Shown: positions 48,174 to 58,472 of the stretch, one piece after another
How positions within the stretch are numbered: position 1 is the first letter of the stretch
How the letters are laid out: every line of letters starts with the position of its first letter
Assembly (NCBI GenBank): GCA_039030255.1
Contig: JBCCEO010000001.1
Coordinates: 1-61,495, forward strand
Direction of reading: 5' to 3'
Source: Planctomycetota bacterium
GTDB taxonomy: Bacteria; Planctomycetota; Planctomycetia; Pirellulales; Pirellulaceae
DNA: 61,495 nucleotides
The notes under the pieces: model-generated
What the model was told of the DNA's origin: nothing
Database searches by the model: none
What the model saw: only the letters and a program-made list of their open reading frames with translations
Program-made: the position numbers and the translations under genes

Positions 48174-51100
48174 TTATCTTCGCCAACGATTCCAGAGTGA
48201 TTCGCGAATCTTATCGATAATCGACGGGTTGTCATCCCATTTCGTTTCCGCGTCTTGTGCGGCGGGCAACGGTGTTCGACTGGCAGTTTGGGTGCCTTCG
48301 TCTGGTCTAGTCGTTTGCAAATCCGGATGATGGAGTCTTAGGTACCGGACCCAAGGGCTCTCTAGCAGTTTTTCCGCACTTGCCGGATCTTTGCTTTGAA
48401 GCTTTTGCTTTGCGACCAGCAATCTTCTTTGGAGGTAGATTCGCTCGCTCGGGTGCAACCAGCTGCCTAGTGCCTCGACATCATCGACCCATATCTGCCC
48501 TTGCCCAACCAATTCGATTGCTACGAACATTGAAGTAATTTCTTCGCTGGGTATGTCACCGACATCGAGCCTCATCGGGCGTGTGCCCCAATCGTCAGGA
48601 ATCGCATTTGCTTCTTGTGATCCGAATACGCGACTTCGTACAAATCGATCTCCATTTCGTTTGCGTCCTACCAATCGCAATTCGACTCTGCACGTCTTTC
48701 GAACTGCTGGTCTACGCAACCAAGCTTGCACGGTAAGGCGTCCGTTCGGGGGCGCGTCGAAAGTAGGACTTTGCACCCATGCACGAACTGGCTCCTGCGC
48801 GGTGCTGGCGAGTTGAAGGCAGCTAGCCCCAGAATGTGGTAAATGCTTCGTTGTGCTCGCTTGAACGCTAGGAAGCATTGAAGCATTCCAGCCGCCAGGC
48901 AGTTTGTTCTGGGGAGTATTCTCCTGCCATTCGAAATCACCACCAATGCTGGCCGCGATGGGTTGTCGCGTTGGATCGGCAATGGATGCTAGGACCGATT
49001 CGAGAGCCTCTAGTTCACCGTCGAGCCGATCGAGAACAGATTCAGCGCAAGCACGTGAGGCGCCGACAACTTCTACTTCTTGCTTGAATCTGAAACTCGC
49101 TATCTCAAAGGGCGGAAGTATTGTTTGGACTATCGTATGGCCGTTTCCCAACTCTTCGGTGGTAAAGTTCAGTTTAGTTTCAAGAATCTCAGGTGTCGCT
49201 CGAGTACTGACTTCAAAACTGACTTGCTCTTCCCATGGCGAAGCGTTGACCAATTGAATTCTGGATTCGTTGTTCGTGTTTGCAAACCGCAGGCTGATCC
49301 AATCCGACAGCTGGCTAGTGGTTACGTTCTTGCTGGGCAATTGCCGAATTGCGGAAAATGTGTCGCGCAATTTGCTTGTTTCCAGAGTGATTGGTAGCCA
49401 GGCACCAAGCCCAAGGAAGCCTGGCTCTTCTTGCGCGAAATCTCTCATAATCGTCTGGTGCATTTCCGCCGTGTTCTCACTTGGAAGGGGATAGAGCATT
49501 CCACCTGCTGCACGGCGAAGTTCGGAATCTGGAGGCAGGTTTTCTAGAAGCAAGTTTCGGGGCTTCTGCATGTGCAGAACAGCGCTGGGTTTACCGGTCC
49601 GAGCACGCAATGCCATCGTGCGCGAGATGTCGGTGATCCAGTCTTGGTTGCGCACTCCGTTGTTCGCTCGCTGGTTCGTGATACGTAAAACTTGGATGTC
49701 CTGGAGAGCATCCAATCGTTTGAACGCAAAACCATGGGCGAGCATGAGTAGGCCCGGGTTTTGAATAATCGAATTCGTTTGAAGGTAGTCGGTTTCCTCG
49801 GGCGAGTCGCGCCATAGTCTTCCTGGGTTGAGGAAGAGCCGGGGCCGTTTGGGAGACGCTACTGCTTGCTCCGTCATTTGTAGCATTTCGCCCAGTCGCT
49901 TGTAGAATTCTCCGAGCTGTTCTGCACGCCATTGCAGCAGCAGCTTTCCAGCTGCCGAGCTCAAGAAGGATTCCCAGTTCTGAGATTTACCCGGAACTGC
50001 GATGCCTGTCTCTGCTTGAAATCTCGTCAAGGTTGATGCTGAAGGAATCCAGCGATCGCCTTTGTAGACCAACGGCGAATCTGCATGAAGTTCAAATTGA
50101 ATTCCCGCGAACGCAGGGCTATCGCTGTATCGTTCGAGTAGTTCGCGTACAATTCCCATGATCTGTTCTTGAACGCGTAGATCCAACGGATCATATTGTT
50201 CGCCAAGTTCGAGGTCGGCGATGTTACGTTGGTACCCTTCAAATTGACCTCGGGCGGCCATTTGTTCGAGTATTGGGAATCTGGTGTCCAGAGCTAGACA
50301 TACGATGAGTTTTATTCGGCTGCGGTCTAGGTGTTTCAGTAGCAAGCCCACACCGTCTTTGATCTGTTCTTGGCGTCCGTCGGTAAAGAAGACTCCGTTG
50401 TCGTATTGTGGGCAGGACATCAAGTAGCGACTTGGGTAAATAGCTCCGCCATCGGCTTGGATCTTGAGAACCAATACATTGGATTCAGTCCATCGCAATA
50501 ATTGTACCAAGCGACTTGCGGCAGCCTGCCAGGTACTCCAGCTATCCAACAAGCGACCGTTTTTCGGGTCCATGATTCGCTGGCTGCCAAGACAAGCGGA
50601 AAGAAGAGGCTTGTCCATGTAGAGCCCAAGAAGTTGAGCCCTAGTAGGCCCTTCGAATTCGTTCTTCGAAGAAGAGAGGTCCAAAGGAGCCAGCTCGGCA
50701 CGCTCTAGCTGAATATCCAAAACGCTGGCCAGCTCATCAGACGCGTTTGCAAGTACCAAAACAGACTCAGTACTTGAGGGCCAGAACGTTATTTCGGTTG
50801 TTTTCAAGCCCGATTGTTTTTCTTGATCTGCCAAATAGGCCGCAGCCTGACGGGCAGTGGTCATGATTTCGTAGTCTTGGCCCAACGTTTCCGGAATACT
50901 ATTCGCTCTGTCAGCAATGTCAGTGTTGGTAAGCGACTTAACGCTGGCCACAAGTTGATTGGTGCGATCTTGCGGAGTTCGGATCAGTAAACGATACGGG
51001 TGACCCGCTTCAAGCGCGACAAGCGGGATGGCCAGCCAGGTATCTGGATCTAGTGTTAGGCATTGTATTTTGGCTTGAGGCGTATTCAGGACGCGCGACC

Positions 51101-52172
51101 CAAGGACGCCGCTAGTCTCAAGGGCTTCGAAAGTCTGGCCGACGGTCGTCGAGCGAAAAGAATCTGGCAGTGTGTCGGTGTACATCCAGGACGCAACCCA
51201 GGAAAACATGCCAGGAGTGCTGGCTTCAATTGCATTGATACTTGCGACCGGACTCCAGCCTGTGATCTCAAGCGGTAATTCTTCTGCCTCAAAGGCCAGC
51301 ATTTCCAGTCTGCGAATGAGTTTTTGTTCGTTAGTTCGGAGTTGCGAAAAGTAGTTTGATTCCTGTTCCAGCGTCGCCTCAATGAGGAAAGCGCCTTCTC
51401 GGCTTGGCGTTTGAAAATCGAAACGGATCGGAGGAAAGCTCCCCGATGCTTCGACTGAAATTTCTTGCTCAAGCAGCGCGATGGGTTGCTCGCCAGGGAT
51501 CTGGACTCGAAGCAAATAGCGTCCAGCGGGCAGGCCTGTATAGTAGCCTTCGACTGTTGCCCCGCCACCCAATGTGTATCTCTTCGCATTGACGATGGGA
51601 CTGGAGAAGCCAGTGTCGATTCGCAGCTTGTCTTGGATTGGGCGTTCTATGGCGACGCGCGTTCCGCGATTGCCGACAGGTTCTACTCGCGTTTTGTGCA
51701 GAAGCATGTGCACCGGATAGGACTTGGATAGAGTTTGGTCCGTACCGGGAACACGCAGTTCAATTCTTAGTTCAGCAGAAAGATCGCATTGCAAATAAAC
51801 TTCCACTCCGCCATAGGTAGCCTTGCTGTGCGGGCGGATTTGTATGCGGTTTGTCGACTCTTCGAGAATTTTGCCGACAGCATCGGGTTGTAGGCTGAGG
51901 TTTTGCGAGATCTGGATTGCGCCTTGGCTAAGCTCAATTAGCCCCTCGAAGTGTTCGGGGACTTCGCCTCCCCACACGATTTGTAGCTTGCCAGAAAACT
52001 GCTCCGCTTCAGTCTCTTGCCCCAGACAAGCGGTGCGGTAGTAAGTAATAAGGAAGAGCGCAGCGGCGATCAGAATACACCCGCGATAATGGCGAGCTAT
52101 TCTACTGAATTGACTTGGCAGCCTTTCAAGTTGCCAGTGCCAAAAAAACTTTGCTGGACTTCCTTGTCCCAT
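48174..52172 (-). CDS. Large secreted protein with a GHL10-like TIM barrel and a C-terminal CBM-like domain
   Basis: Hydrophobic N-terminal segment; ADGGAIYPS, YDPLD..VQ, RYSDSPAFAGI; GGDFE..PGGW..HSG..CL...IWVDDV; start uncertain. Confidence 0.7.
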   Translation of the reverse strand: MGQGSPAKFFWHWQLERLPSQFSRIARHYRGCILIAAALFLITYYRTACLGQETEAEQFSGKLQIVWGGEVPEHFEGLIELSQGAIQISQNLSLQPDAVGKILEESTNRIQIRPHSKATYGGVEVYLQCDLSAELRIELRVPGTDQTLSKSYPVHMLLHKTRVEPVGNRGTRVAIERPIQDKLRIDTGFSSPIVNAKRYTLGGGATVEGYYTGLPAGRYLLRVQIPGEQPIALLEQEISVEASGSFPPIRFDFQTPSREGAFLIEATLEQESNYFSQLRTNEQKLIRRLEMLAFEAEELPLEITGWSPVASINAIEASTPGMFSWVASWMYTDTLPDSFRSTTVGQTFEALETSGVLGSRVLNTPQAKIQCLTLDPDTWLAIPLVALEAGHPYRLLIRTPQDRTNQLVASVKSLTNTDIADRANSIPETLGQDYEIMTTARQAAAYLADQEKQSGLKTTEITFWPSSTESVLVLANASDELASVLDIQLERAELAPLDLSSSKNEFEGPTRAQLLGLYMDKPLLSACLGSQRIMDPKNGRLLDSWSTWQAAASRLVQLLRWTESNVLVLKIQADGGAIYPSRYLMSCPQYDNGVFFTDGRQEQIKDGVGLLLKHLDRSRIKLIVCLALDTRFPILEQMAARGQFEGYQRNIADLELGEQYDPLDLRVQEQIMGIVRELLERYSDSPAFAGIQFELHADSPLVYKGDRWIPSASTLTRFQAETGIAVPGKSQNWESFLSSAAGKLLLQWRAEQLGEFYKRLGEMLQMTEQAVASPKRPRLFLNPGRLWRDSPEETDYLQTNSIIQNPGLLMLAHGFAFKRLDALQDIQVLRITNQRANNGVRNQDWITDISRTMALRARTGKPSAVLHMQKPRNLLLENLPPDSELRRAAGGMLYPLPSENTAEMHQTIMRDFAQEEPGFLGLGAWLPITLETSKLRDTFSAIRQLPSKNVTTSQLSDWISLRFANTNNESRIQLVNASPWEEQVSFEVSTRATPEILETKLNFTTEELGNGHTIVQTILPPFEIASFRFKQEVEVVGASRACAESVLDRLDGELEALESVLASIADPTRQPIAASIGGDFEWQENTPQNKLPGGWNASMLPSVQASTTKHLPHSGASCLQLASTAQEPVRAWVQSPTFDAPPNGRLTVQAWLRRPAVRKTCRVELRLVGRKRNGDRFVRSRVFGSQEANAIPDDWGTRPMRLDVGDIPSEEITSMFVAIELVGQGQIWVDDVEALGSWLHPSERIYLQRRLLVAKQKLQSKDPASAEKLLESPWVRYLRLHHPDLQTTRPDEGTQTASRTPLPAAQDAETKWDDNPSIIDKIRESLWNRWRR

Positions 52173-52406
52173 AAAGCTTTCGCAAAAAACGGAATCGCAT
52201 TGTGTCGCAATGGTTCGACTTGGTCCTGGCGGCGCGCCGCGCAGAACCTGCGCGCAGGCTACTTGGAAATACCAAAATTGGGGACCTTAGCTACAGAGAG
52301 ATCCAAGTTGCTTCGCCAGTTTTCCCTCTTTTGGCCGAATAGCTACAGAGGCTACTCGGGAATTAGCAATTCCCGAAACTGGTCAGAATGCTAGCAACGA
52401 CTAATA

Positions 52407-53510
52407 CTAAGGCAGATTTGAATAGATGAGATTGATGTATTGAAGCGCCATTCGAATGACCATAAAGGCGATCAACATCATCACACTGATCCAGATTGTA
52501 AAGCTAGCGATATTGGCGATCGTCGCGAGTGCTCGTTTTGCCCGATCCTTGTAGTTGATAGCAAGTCGGTCTAGTGATTCTGTTTCGGTACCGCTCAATT
52601 CACCGATTCGAATCCCTTCGATGAAGTCTTCAGGCAAGACAGAGGAAGCATCGAAGGCATCTCCAAAACTTGCCCCTTTTTCGATCTCTTCCAGTGAACG
52701 ATCCATGCCGCCGATAAAGTAGAAGTTTCCCGTCGAAAGGAACGCTTGCCTGGTTGCACGTCTGGCTTCTACACCAGCGTTTAGGAGCATCGAAAGTGTC
52801 ATGCTGAGACGGGACAGACCCAAGGTAATGAAAGCTGTACCCAGCACCGGGATGCGCTGCACGAGAGGAACGACGACTTGATGGCAATTGAACCAGTTCT
52901 TCCACAAGCCGAAGGCAATGGTCAACAAGACACCCAGTGTTCCGAACACAACACCGCAATATATCCAGAAACCGCTGACTCCGCGCAGACCAACACCTGA
53001 AGCATCGTATTCGCTATTGGGGGTAAGGAGTCCTTGCAGCAAGATCACCAAGCCGATGATTCCGATAGCCATTCCTAACTGAATCAACGGCCAGGTGATC
53101 TGGCCAATGAAATCGGATCGTGTTTGTTTCAAATCGTCGTAGTAGTCGGCCATGTAATGGAACATCTCGTCGGTGCGTCCGCCCAATTCACTCGCGCTGA
53201 CCATTTGGATAAGCAGCTTTGGGAAGTAACGCGGAAAGTCCTTCATGGCATCCGAAAGAGTAGCTCCGCTACGGACGCGCTCAATGACTAGCTTCATATG
53301 CTCGCGATGGTATTTGTCGCCGGTCTTGGTTTCTGTTTCGAGAAGTCGCAAGATATCAACGCCTGCACGCAGACCGATCGCCATTCGTCGGCAATAATTA
53401 CCCGCGGCGGCAAGTTTCATCATGGGAATTCTTTTCGAAACGGATAACGTGAGATAAGGGCTTCCAAGACGAGCGCAAATGCTACGCCCTTCTGCTAGAA
53501 GCAACGACAA
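52407..53510 (-). CDS. Type II secretion/type IV pilus inner-membrane platform protein (GspF/PilC family)
   Basis: Two T2SSF repeats: G.TLSDAM...FP.LLIQMV..SELGG and LS.LLNAGV...G.SF.DA...GELSG; three TMs; start uncertain. Confidence 0.9.
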   Translation of the reverse strand: MSLLLAEGRSICARLGSPYLTLSVSKRIPMMKLAAAGNYCRRMAIGLRAGVDILRLLETETKTGDKYHREHMKLVIERVRSGATLSDAMKDFPRYFPKLLIQMVSASELGGRTDEMFHYMADYYDDLKQTRSDFIGQITWPLIQLGMAIGIIGLVILLQGLLTPNSEYDASGVGLRGVSGFWIYCGVVFGTLGVLLTIAFGLWKNWFNCHQVVVPLVQRIPVLGTAFITLGLSRLSMTLSMLLNAGVEARRATRQAFLSTGNFYFIGGMDRSLEEIEKGASFGDAFDASSVLPEDFIEGIRIGELSGTETESLDRLAINYKDRAKRALATIANIASFTIWISVMMLIAFMVIRMALQYINLIYSNLP

Positions 53511-53528
53511 GACCTATTTTATACCGAG

Positions 53529-54521
53529 GTGCCGATGAAGTGGCGACCATCTGCGACCATCCCTGCCATTGAAAAGCGTGCGGAATTACTGCGTGGCATA
53601 AGAGACTTTTTTTACGAAAACGAATTCCTAGAAGTTCAGACTCCCTTACTAAGCCGCGACACGGTTGTCGATCGACATTTGGATCCAATGGTGCTGCCTG
53701 CCAAGAACCTGGGACTACCCAACTTAGAGGATTCAATGGCAGATTTTTATTTGCAGACCTCTCCAGAATTTGCAATGAAACGCTTGATTACGCATGGTCT
53801 CGAAGCAATTTTTCAAATATGTCACGCCTTCCGAGCGGCTGAATCTGGGCCGATGCACAACCCAGAATTCTGCATGTTGGAATGGTATCGAGTAGGTGAT
53901 GATAGGCAAGCTGGAATGAAATTGCTTGGCGAGCTTATCAAGCGCGTTTCGCCTTGGAAGGAGGTGGAAGAGCTGAGTTACCAAGAGGCGTTTCAATTGC
54001 ACGCGGATTGCGATCCTCTGGTGGATTCTGATGCCGCCCTGGCCGAATGTGCAATGAAGCGGCTGGGTGCTTCCTCCGACTTTTCGAAAGATCGTGATGA
54101 TTGGTTGAATCTCATTCTTGCCGATATCGTTCAGCCCAAGCTAGGTTTAGAAAAGCCAGTCCTCCTGTATCACTATCCCGCTAGCCAATCAGCCCTCGCC
54201 AAGCTGTCCACGGATGCAACAGGTGGAAAAATGAATACGGCAGAACGTTTTGAATTGTTCATCGGTGGAATCGAATTAGCCAATGGTTACGATGAGCTTA
54301 CCGATGCACAGGAGCTTCGGCAGCGTAACCGGCGGGTTAATCAGCAGCGTCGAGAGGACAACAATTTTGAGTTGCCGGAAGAGAGTCGGCTGCTAGAAGC
54401 AATGGCACACGGTATGCCAAACTCTAGCGGTTGTGCCCTGGGCGTAGACCGTCTTTTGATGGTTCTAATGAATGCGAACCATATTGAAGATGTTCTCGCG
54501 TTTCCAATTGATCGCAGCTAG
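53529..54521 (+). CDS. epmA: EF-P lysine aminoacylase EpmA (PoxA/GenX)
   Basis: EVQTP, YLQTSPEFAMKRL, HNPEF.MLEWY, ERFELFIGGIELANG, GCALGVDRL; lacks the LysRS anticodon domain. Confidence 0.95.
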   Translation: MPMKWRPSATIPAIEKRAELLRGIRDFFYENEFLEVQTPLLSRDTVVDRHLDPMVLPAKNLGLPNLEDSMADFYLQTSPEFAMKRLITHGLEAIFQICHAFRAAESGPMHNPEFCMLEWYRVGDDRQAGMKLLGELIKRVSPWKEVEELSYQEAFQLHADCDPLVDSDAALAECAMKRLGASSDFSKDRDDWLNLILADIVQPKLGLEKPVLLYHYPASQSALAKLSTDATGGKMNTAERFELFIGGIELANGYDELTDAQELRQRNRRVNQQRREDNNFELPEESRLLEAMAHGMPNSSGCALGVDRLLMVLMNANHIEDVLAFPIDRS

Positions 54522-54573
54522 CGAAGGCGGGCTGAAGGGTGGAACGAATCAGGAAACAGCAACTCATGTCCGC

Positions 54574-57500
54574 TTACGGCGCAGAATTAACGACTTGTGG
54601 TTGCCGCGGAGCAAAGCGTAGGAATCCGCCTTGCGAATTTTCTCCCTCATAAGTTCCCAAGGAAGCAATGCGTTTGTCAGCTCGGTAGCGTTCCATTTGC
54701 AGCCCCCAAATCTTTCCTGGAAGCGGATGGTCAACGAGCTGATCTTTAGGAATCGCGACTTCGACCATCCAGATTTCATCCTTGGACTGTACAGCGACAT
54801 GCCATTTCGGGTTGAACTCTGCTTGACCTAAGCAGCGATCTAAAGTTTGCCCGTTTTCTGCAACTCCAAGATGCATATACGTGCTATAGTCGCGGTCCAA
54901 ATCCAAGCGTATTTCCAAACGATCCGATGCATTTAGGGCCGCGTCGTGCTGGCGATTAAGCACCTTTGCAACTTTTGGGTAACCCTTCCGTTTTGCGCAA
55001 ACTGCAGCCAAGTAAATGTAATCGTGATCGTAGGCCCAGCGTACTAAAGTGTTCGCTAAAGGCTCGGCTTGCTCCACCGCTGGAACAAGCTTGACCGCTT
55101 GGGCTTTGGACCAGAAAGTCTCAGAAGGACTTCCATCCAAGTAGGGACGATCTTGCGTCATGATGGCTTCTGCCAATACTGAAACCGCTTGTAATTGGTT
55201 CTTCTGAATGAGAGATTCCTGCTGAGCTCTCCACCACCAGGGAGCGACGGATGTGTCCGCCAGCAAGGCATCCAATCGGCTCATGTCAGGGGCATTGAGT
55301 CCCCCGCGCTTACGTAGACTTCGGCTGTAAGAAAGCAGGCCAATTTCTGGTCGCGTGAGAATCCTTGGCTCTTTCTGACTAAATTGTCCCAGGAGCTGAA
55401 ACCAGCGTTGCGCCGGATCGATCGAAAGAGTGGGCCTGGCTTGCGCTGTAGACGCCGTCACCACTCTTGGCTTCGACGCCGGATTCACAATCGATCCGAA
55501 AGGCGTTGCATTCCAAGGAGTTTCTCCCACCTTGTTGGATGATCCATCTGTAAGGTTCGCGCTCGTGCCAGAATTCTCCCTTTCCCGACCCGTTGAGCTG
55601 GCTAACAGTTTCCGCAGGCTGGCTTGTTCGGCACTACCGTAATTGCGGAGGATCTCAAGCATGGACCAAACAGCCGCGTCACTGTCAGGCTGCAACTCCA
55701 TAAGTTGCGACAACGTTGTGTTGCCCTTTCTGGCCGCATCTTTTCCGCCGAGACGCGAGTAGAGTCTCCAAAGATAGGGTGCGATTTCTTGCTCGGGTAA
55801 TTGCTTGGTTACAAAGGTGAGATTCTTCTTCCACGTGGAGTGATCCTCTTTTTGCTGGAGCAATTGGGCCAAGGATCGTTCACGATGGACACGCCCCATC
55901 ACCAGTTGGAAATTACCCAGTTGTTTTCTAGGAGCTGTCCTCAAGGAACTCGGAGAAAGAACGACAGCACCAATCAGTTTCGAGTTTGATTCACGATTAC
56001 GACTTCTGGACCATTCCGTTGCCAGGTTGCAAGAATCTGAATCAAAGAGTTGTTGTGGCGGCAAGGCTGCCAGAATGTCCCATAGCGCCAATCCAAGTTG
56101 CGATAAGACTTGAGTGTTTTCGATTTCGTAGCCCGAGGACAAGCTTTCATCAAGGCTTCCCTTGTGAAGGATAATTTTTTGAAGACTCTCTTGCGCTTTG
56201 GAAATCTGAAGACCAAGCTCATTCAAAGCTTGATTGTTCGGGTCGGACCCGGATTGTGTCCCACCGGCAAGCAGAGCCAGGGTCTGTGTTTGCACGCGTT
56301 GATTACTCAAAACCACCGAAGGACGCCAACAGGCAATCAAGGCACGAAGCTGGTCGGTCTCTATCTGAATACTGCCATTCAGCGACGCGATACCAATTTG
56401 CTGTGCGTTTTCTCGAAGTTGCTGCAATTTTGTGGGCTCATAGTTGGCTCCTTTCGCAGCACTTATTTTTTTGGCGGAATCATGAGGCGAATTCAGGAAG
56501 TAGACCATGGATTGAATACGGTGTTCCCAGACACTAGAGGCCAACGCATTCCAAGGAACTTGTCGAGGTTCTACTAGGGCAAGCAAGCCAAGCTGCCTTG
56601 CTCCGCGCTGCAAATGCCAGGATTCTCCGCCGTCTCGCGTGGCAAGTATTCGACCTAGGGGACCAACGCCCCAGGCCCGGGAAGAATCCAGATAAGTCAC
56701 GTCGCTGAGGGGCAGCGATTCTTCAAGACGTTGGGTCTTCCAAGACAGCCCACCATCGGAGCTACTAAGCATGATCGATCCCGGGAATCCGCAGAGCCAG
56801 AGATGTTCGCCCTGCTGCCCGATCTGAGTCCAGTTGCAAAGCCCTCGAGCACGATCCGACAGGCCAAGCTCGACTTCGGACCAATGGTTACCGGCTTGGC
56901 TAGTCCACAAAGTACCGTTTGCACCATAGCAAACCCAAACCTTTCCGGTGTGATAGAGTTTGCGGTTGGGAACGCTGGCGTCGCGGGTTGGCTTAGATGC
57001 TCTCCCGAACGGCAAATCTAGTTCGAATTCCTTTGAGGATTGGAGATCCAGGATGGTGGCTTTTCCATTCCGATCGGTGCCATAGGCAAAACGTTGTCCT
57101 GCTATGCCAGCGCTTGTTGCTCCCTGCAGCGTTATTGGAATTGCTTCCCATGCGTTGCCTTGGGTCACCGAACGAAAAACACTTGAACGACGTTGAGTGT
57201 CGTAGTCGCCCCAAGCAATGAGGTGCCCCTGGGATTCTCGAAGCCCACGGAGTGTAGGTAGAGTGACGGGGATTTCTCGCCAAGTTTTACCGCCGTCGGA
57301 CGTCTTCAAAATCGTACCTCGGCTGATGCCAGTGTAATTTCCAATCTGCCCACCAACGGCGACTCCAATAGAATCGTCCAAGAAGGTGACTGCATAAAGG
57401 TTTGCGATCGAATCGACTTCAACTAGTTCCCAGCTTCGACCGGCGTTGGTCGATAGTAGAATCGTTCCCGAATCACCGACGGCGCAGATGTGGTCTTGCG

Positions 57501-57780
57501 TAATTGTCGCAACGGCATGCAATGTTGCGTCGCTTCGAGCGTTTTGCGCCAACATTTCTTTTAGGGTCTTGGGCCGCGATAAAGCGTCCGAATCGCTGGC
57601 GGGAATACGAGCAGGAGTAGTGCTGTTGCTCAGACGCTGCGGGCTGCTACCGTTCGGGTTAAATCCTTTGTTTAATCCGAATCCTGTTGGCGGCAATTGA
57701 GCGCGCAACGGTGAGCCCATTGCTAGACTAACGCAAGCACAGAACGAGACTAGCAAAGTTAAGAAGCGTTGGGCGGTCAT
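54574..57780 (-). CDS. Secreted YCF48/BNR-repeat protein with a C-terminal CBM9-like domain
   Basis: Signal peptide; AVGDSGTILLSTNAGRSW, TSDGGKTW, SSDGGLSW, TRDGGESW Asp-boxes; PYLDG...W, YD..YIYLA, DRLE..LD.DRD, W.VEVAIP. Confidence 0.8.
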   Translation of the reverse strand: MTAQRFLTLLVSFCACVSLAMGSPLRAQLPPTGFGLNKGFNPNGSSPQRLSNSTTPARIPASDSDALSRPKTLKEMLAQNARSDATLHAVATITQDHICAVGDSGTILLSTNAGRSWELVEVDSIANLYAVTFLDDSIGVAVGGQIGNYTGISRGTILKTSDGGKTWREIPVTLPTLRGLRESQGHLIAWGDYDTQRRSSVFRSVTQGNAWEAIPITLQGATSAGIAGQRFAYGTDRNGKATILDLQSSKEFELDLPFGRASKPTRDASVPNRKLYHTGKVWVCYGANGTLWTSQAGNHWSEVELGLSDRARGLCNWTQIGQQGEHLWLCGFPGSIMLSSSDGGLSWKTQRLEESLPLSDVTYLDSSRAWGVGPLGRILATRDGGESWHLQRGARQLGLLALVEPRQVPWNALASSVWEHRIQSMVYFLNSPHDSAKKISAAKGANYEPTKLQQLRENAQQIGIASLNGSIQIETDQLRALIACWRPSVVLSNQRVQTQTLALLAGGTQSGSDPNNQALNELGLQISKAQESLQKIILHKGSLDESLSSGYEIENTQVLSQLGLALWDILAALPPQQLFDSDSCNLATEWSRSRNRESNSKLIGAVVLSPSSLRTAPRKQLGNFQLVMGRVHRERSLAQLLQQKEDHSTWKKNLTFVTKQLPEQEIAPYLWRLYSRLGGKDAARKGNTTLSQLMELQPDSDAAVWSMLEILRNYGSAEQASLRKLLASSTGRERENSGTSANLTDGSSNKVGETPWNATPFGSIVNPASKPRVVTASTAQARPTLSIDPAQRWFQLLGQFSQKEPRILTRPEIGLLSYSRSLRKRGGLNAPDMSRLDALLADTSVAPWWWRAQQESLIQKNQLQAVSVLAEAIMTQDRPYLDGSPSETFWSKAQAVKLVPAVEQAEPLANTLVRWAYDHDYIYLAAVCAKRKGYPKVAKVLNRQHDAALNASDRLEIRLDLDRDYSTYMHLGVAENGQTLDRCLGQAEFNPKWHVAVQSKDEIWMVEVAIPKDQLVDHPLPGKIWGLQMERYRADKRIASLGTYEGENSQGGFLRFAPRQPQVVNSAP

Positions 57781-57959
57781 ACCAAGTCGTCACACGGGAC
57801 TTCGAGCGGATGGATTCTTGAACCTGTCTGGAATACTTAGGAAGCATGCCGCTAGTCAAGAGCTCCGTTTTCAATGGCAGCATTGCAAGCCAGCAATCTA
57901 TCTTGTGGAGCGTTGCAGATTCTTGTACTCCCACAGAGTGCAATCAGAGGAGGAGATGC

Positions 57960-58415
57960 ATGCTTAGTCTGCAACAAGTGAAAACCCTCGTTTCTTCGGG
58001 AAATGTCGAAGAACAGGAGGTGCTTGCGTTGTTGCAGACTATGGCCAGTGAAGATGAAGAATTGTGTGCCTGGACTGATGACGCATTGCAGCAAATCGAC
58101 TCGATTTCGCCGCATTTGGCTGGAGAAATTGCCGTATTTTGCATGGATCGGTGCTCATCCATTGCTCTCTGGGCGTGCAAGCTTGTTGCTCGAGTGAAGC
58201 AGCAGGAAGCGGAATCCGATCTTTTGCAAACCTCGCTTGCGATCGCACTGGCTCAGCATTCCTCGGTTTCGGTCCAGCAGTCCGCCGCCGCTGCCCTGGC
58301 TACTTTCGAAGGTTTGACGGACCAATCGCGGCATGCATTGCAGTCGAAAATAGATGCTCCCGACCCGCGTTTAAGACGACTCGTTAGGAGAGCTTTGGAA
58401 CGTAGGGCCGCATAA
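57960..58415 (+). CDS. HEAT-repeat-like protein
   Basis: GAGGAGG SD before ATG 57960; SVSVQQSAAAAL and DPRLRRLVRRAL HEAT-like helices. Confidence 0.7.
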   Translation: MLSLQQVKTLVSSGNVEEQEVLALLQTMASEDEELCAWTDDALQQIDSISPHLAGEIAVFCMDRCSSIALWACKLVARVKQQEAESDLLQTSLAIALAQHSSVSVQQSAAAALATFEGLTDQSRHALQSKIDAPDPRLRRLVRRALERRAA

Positions 58416-58472
58416 GCTGCCAGCAATACAAACGAACCCAATCAGATCATTCCCGGAGCAAGGAGGCTCGGA

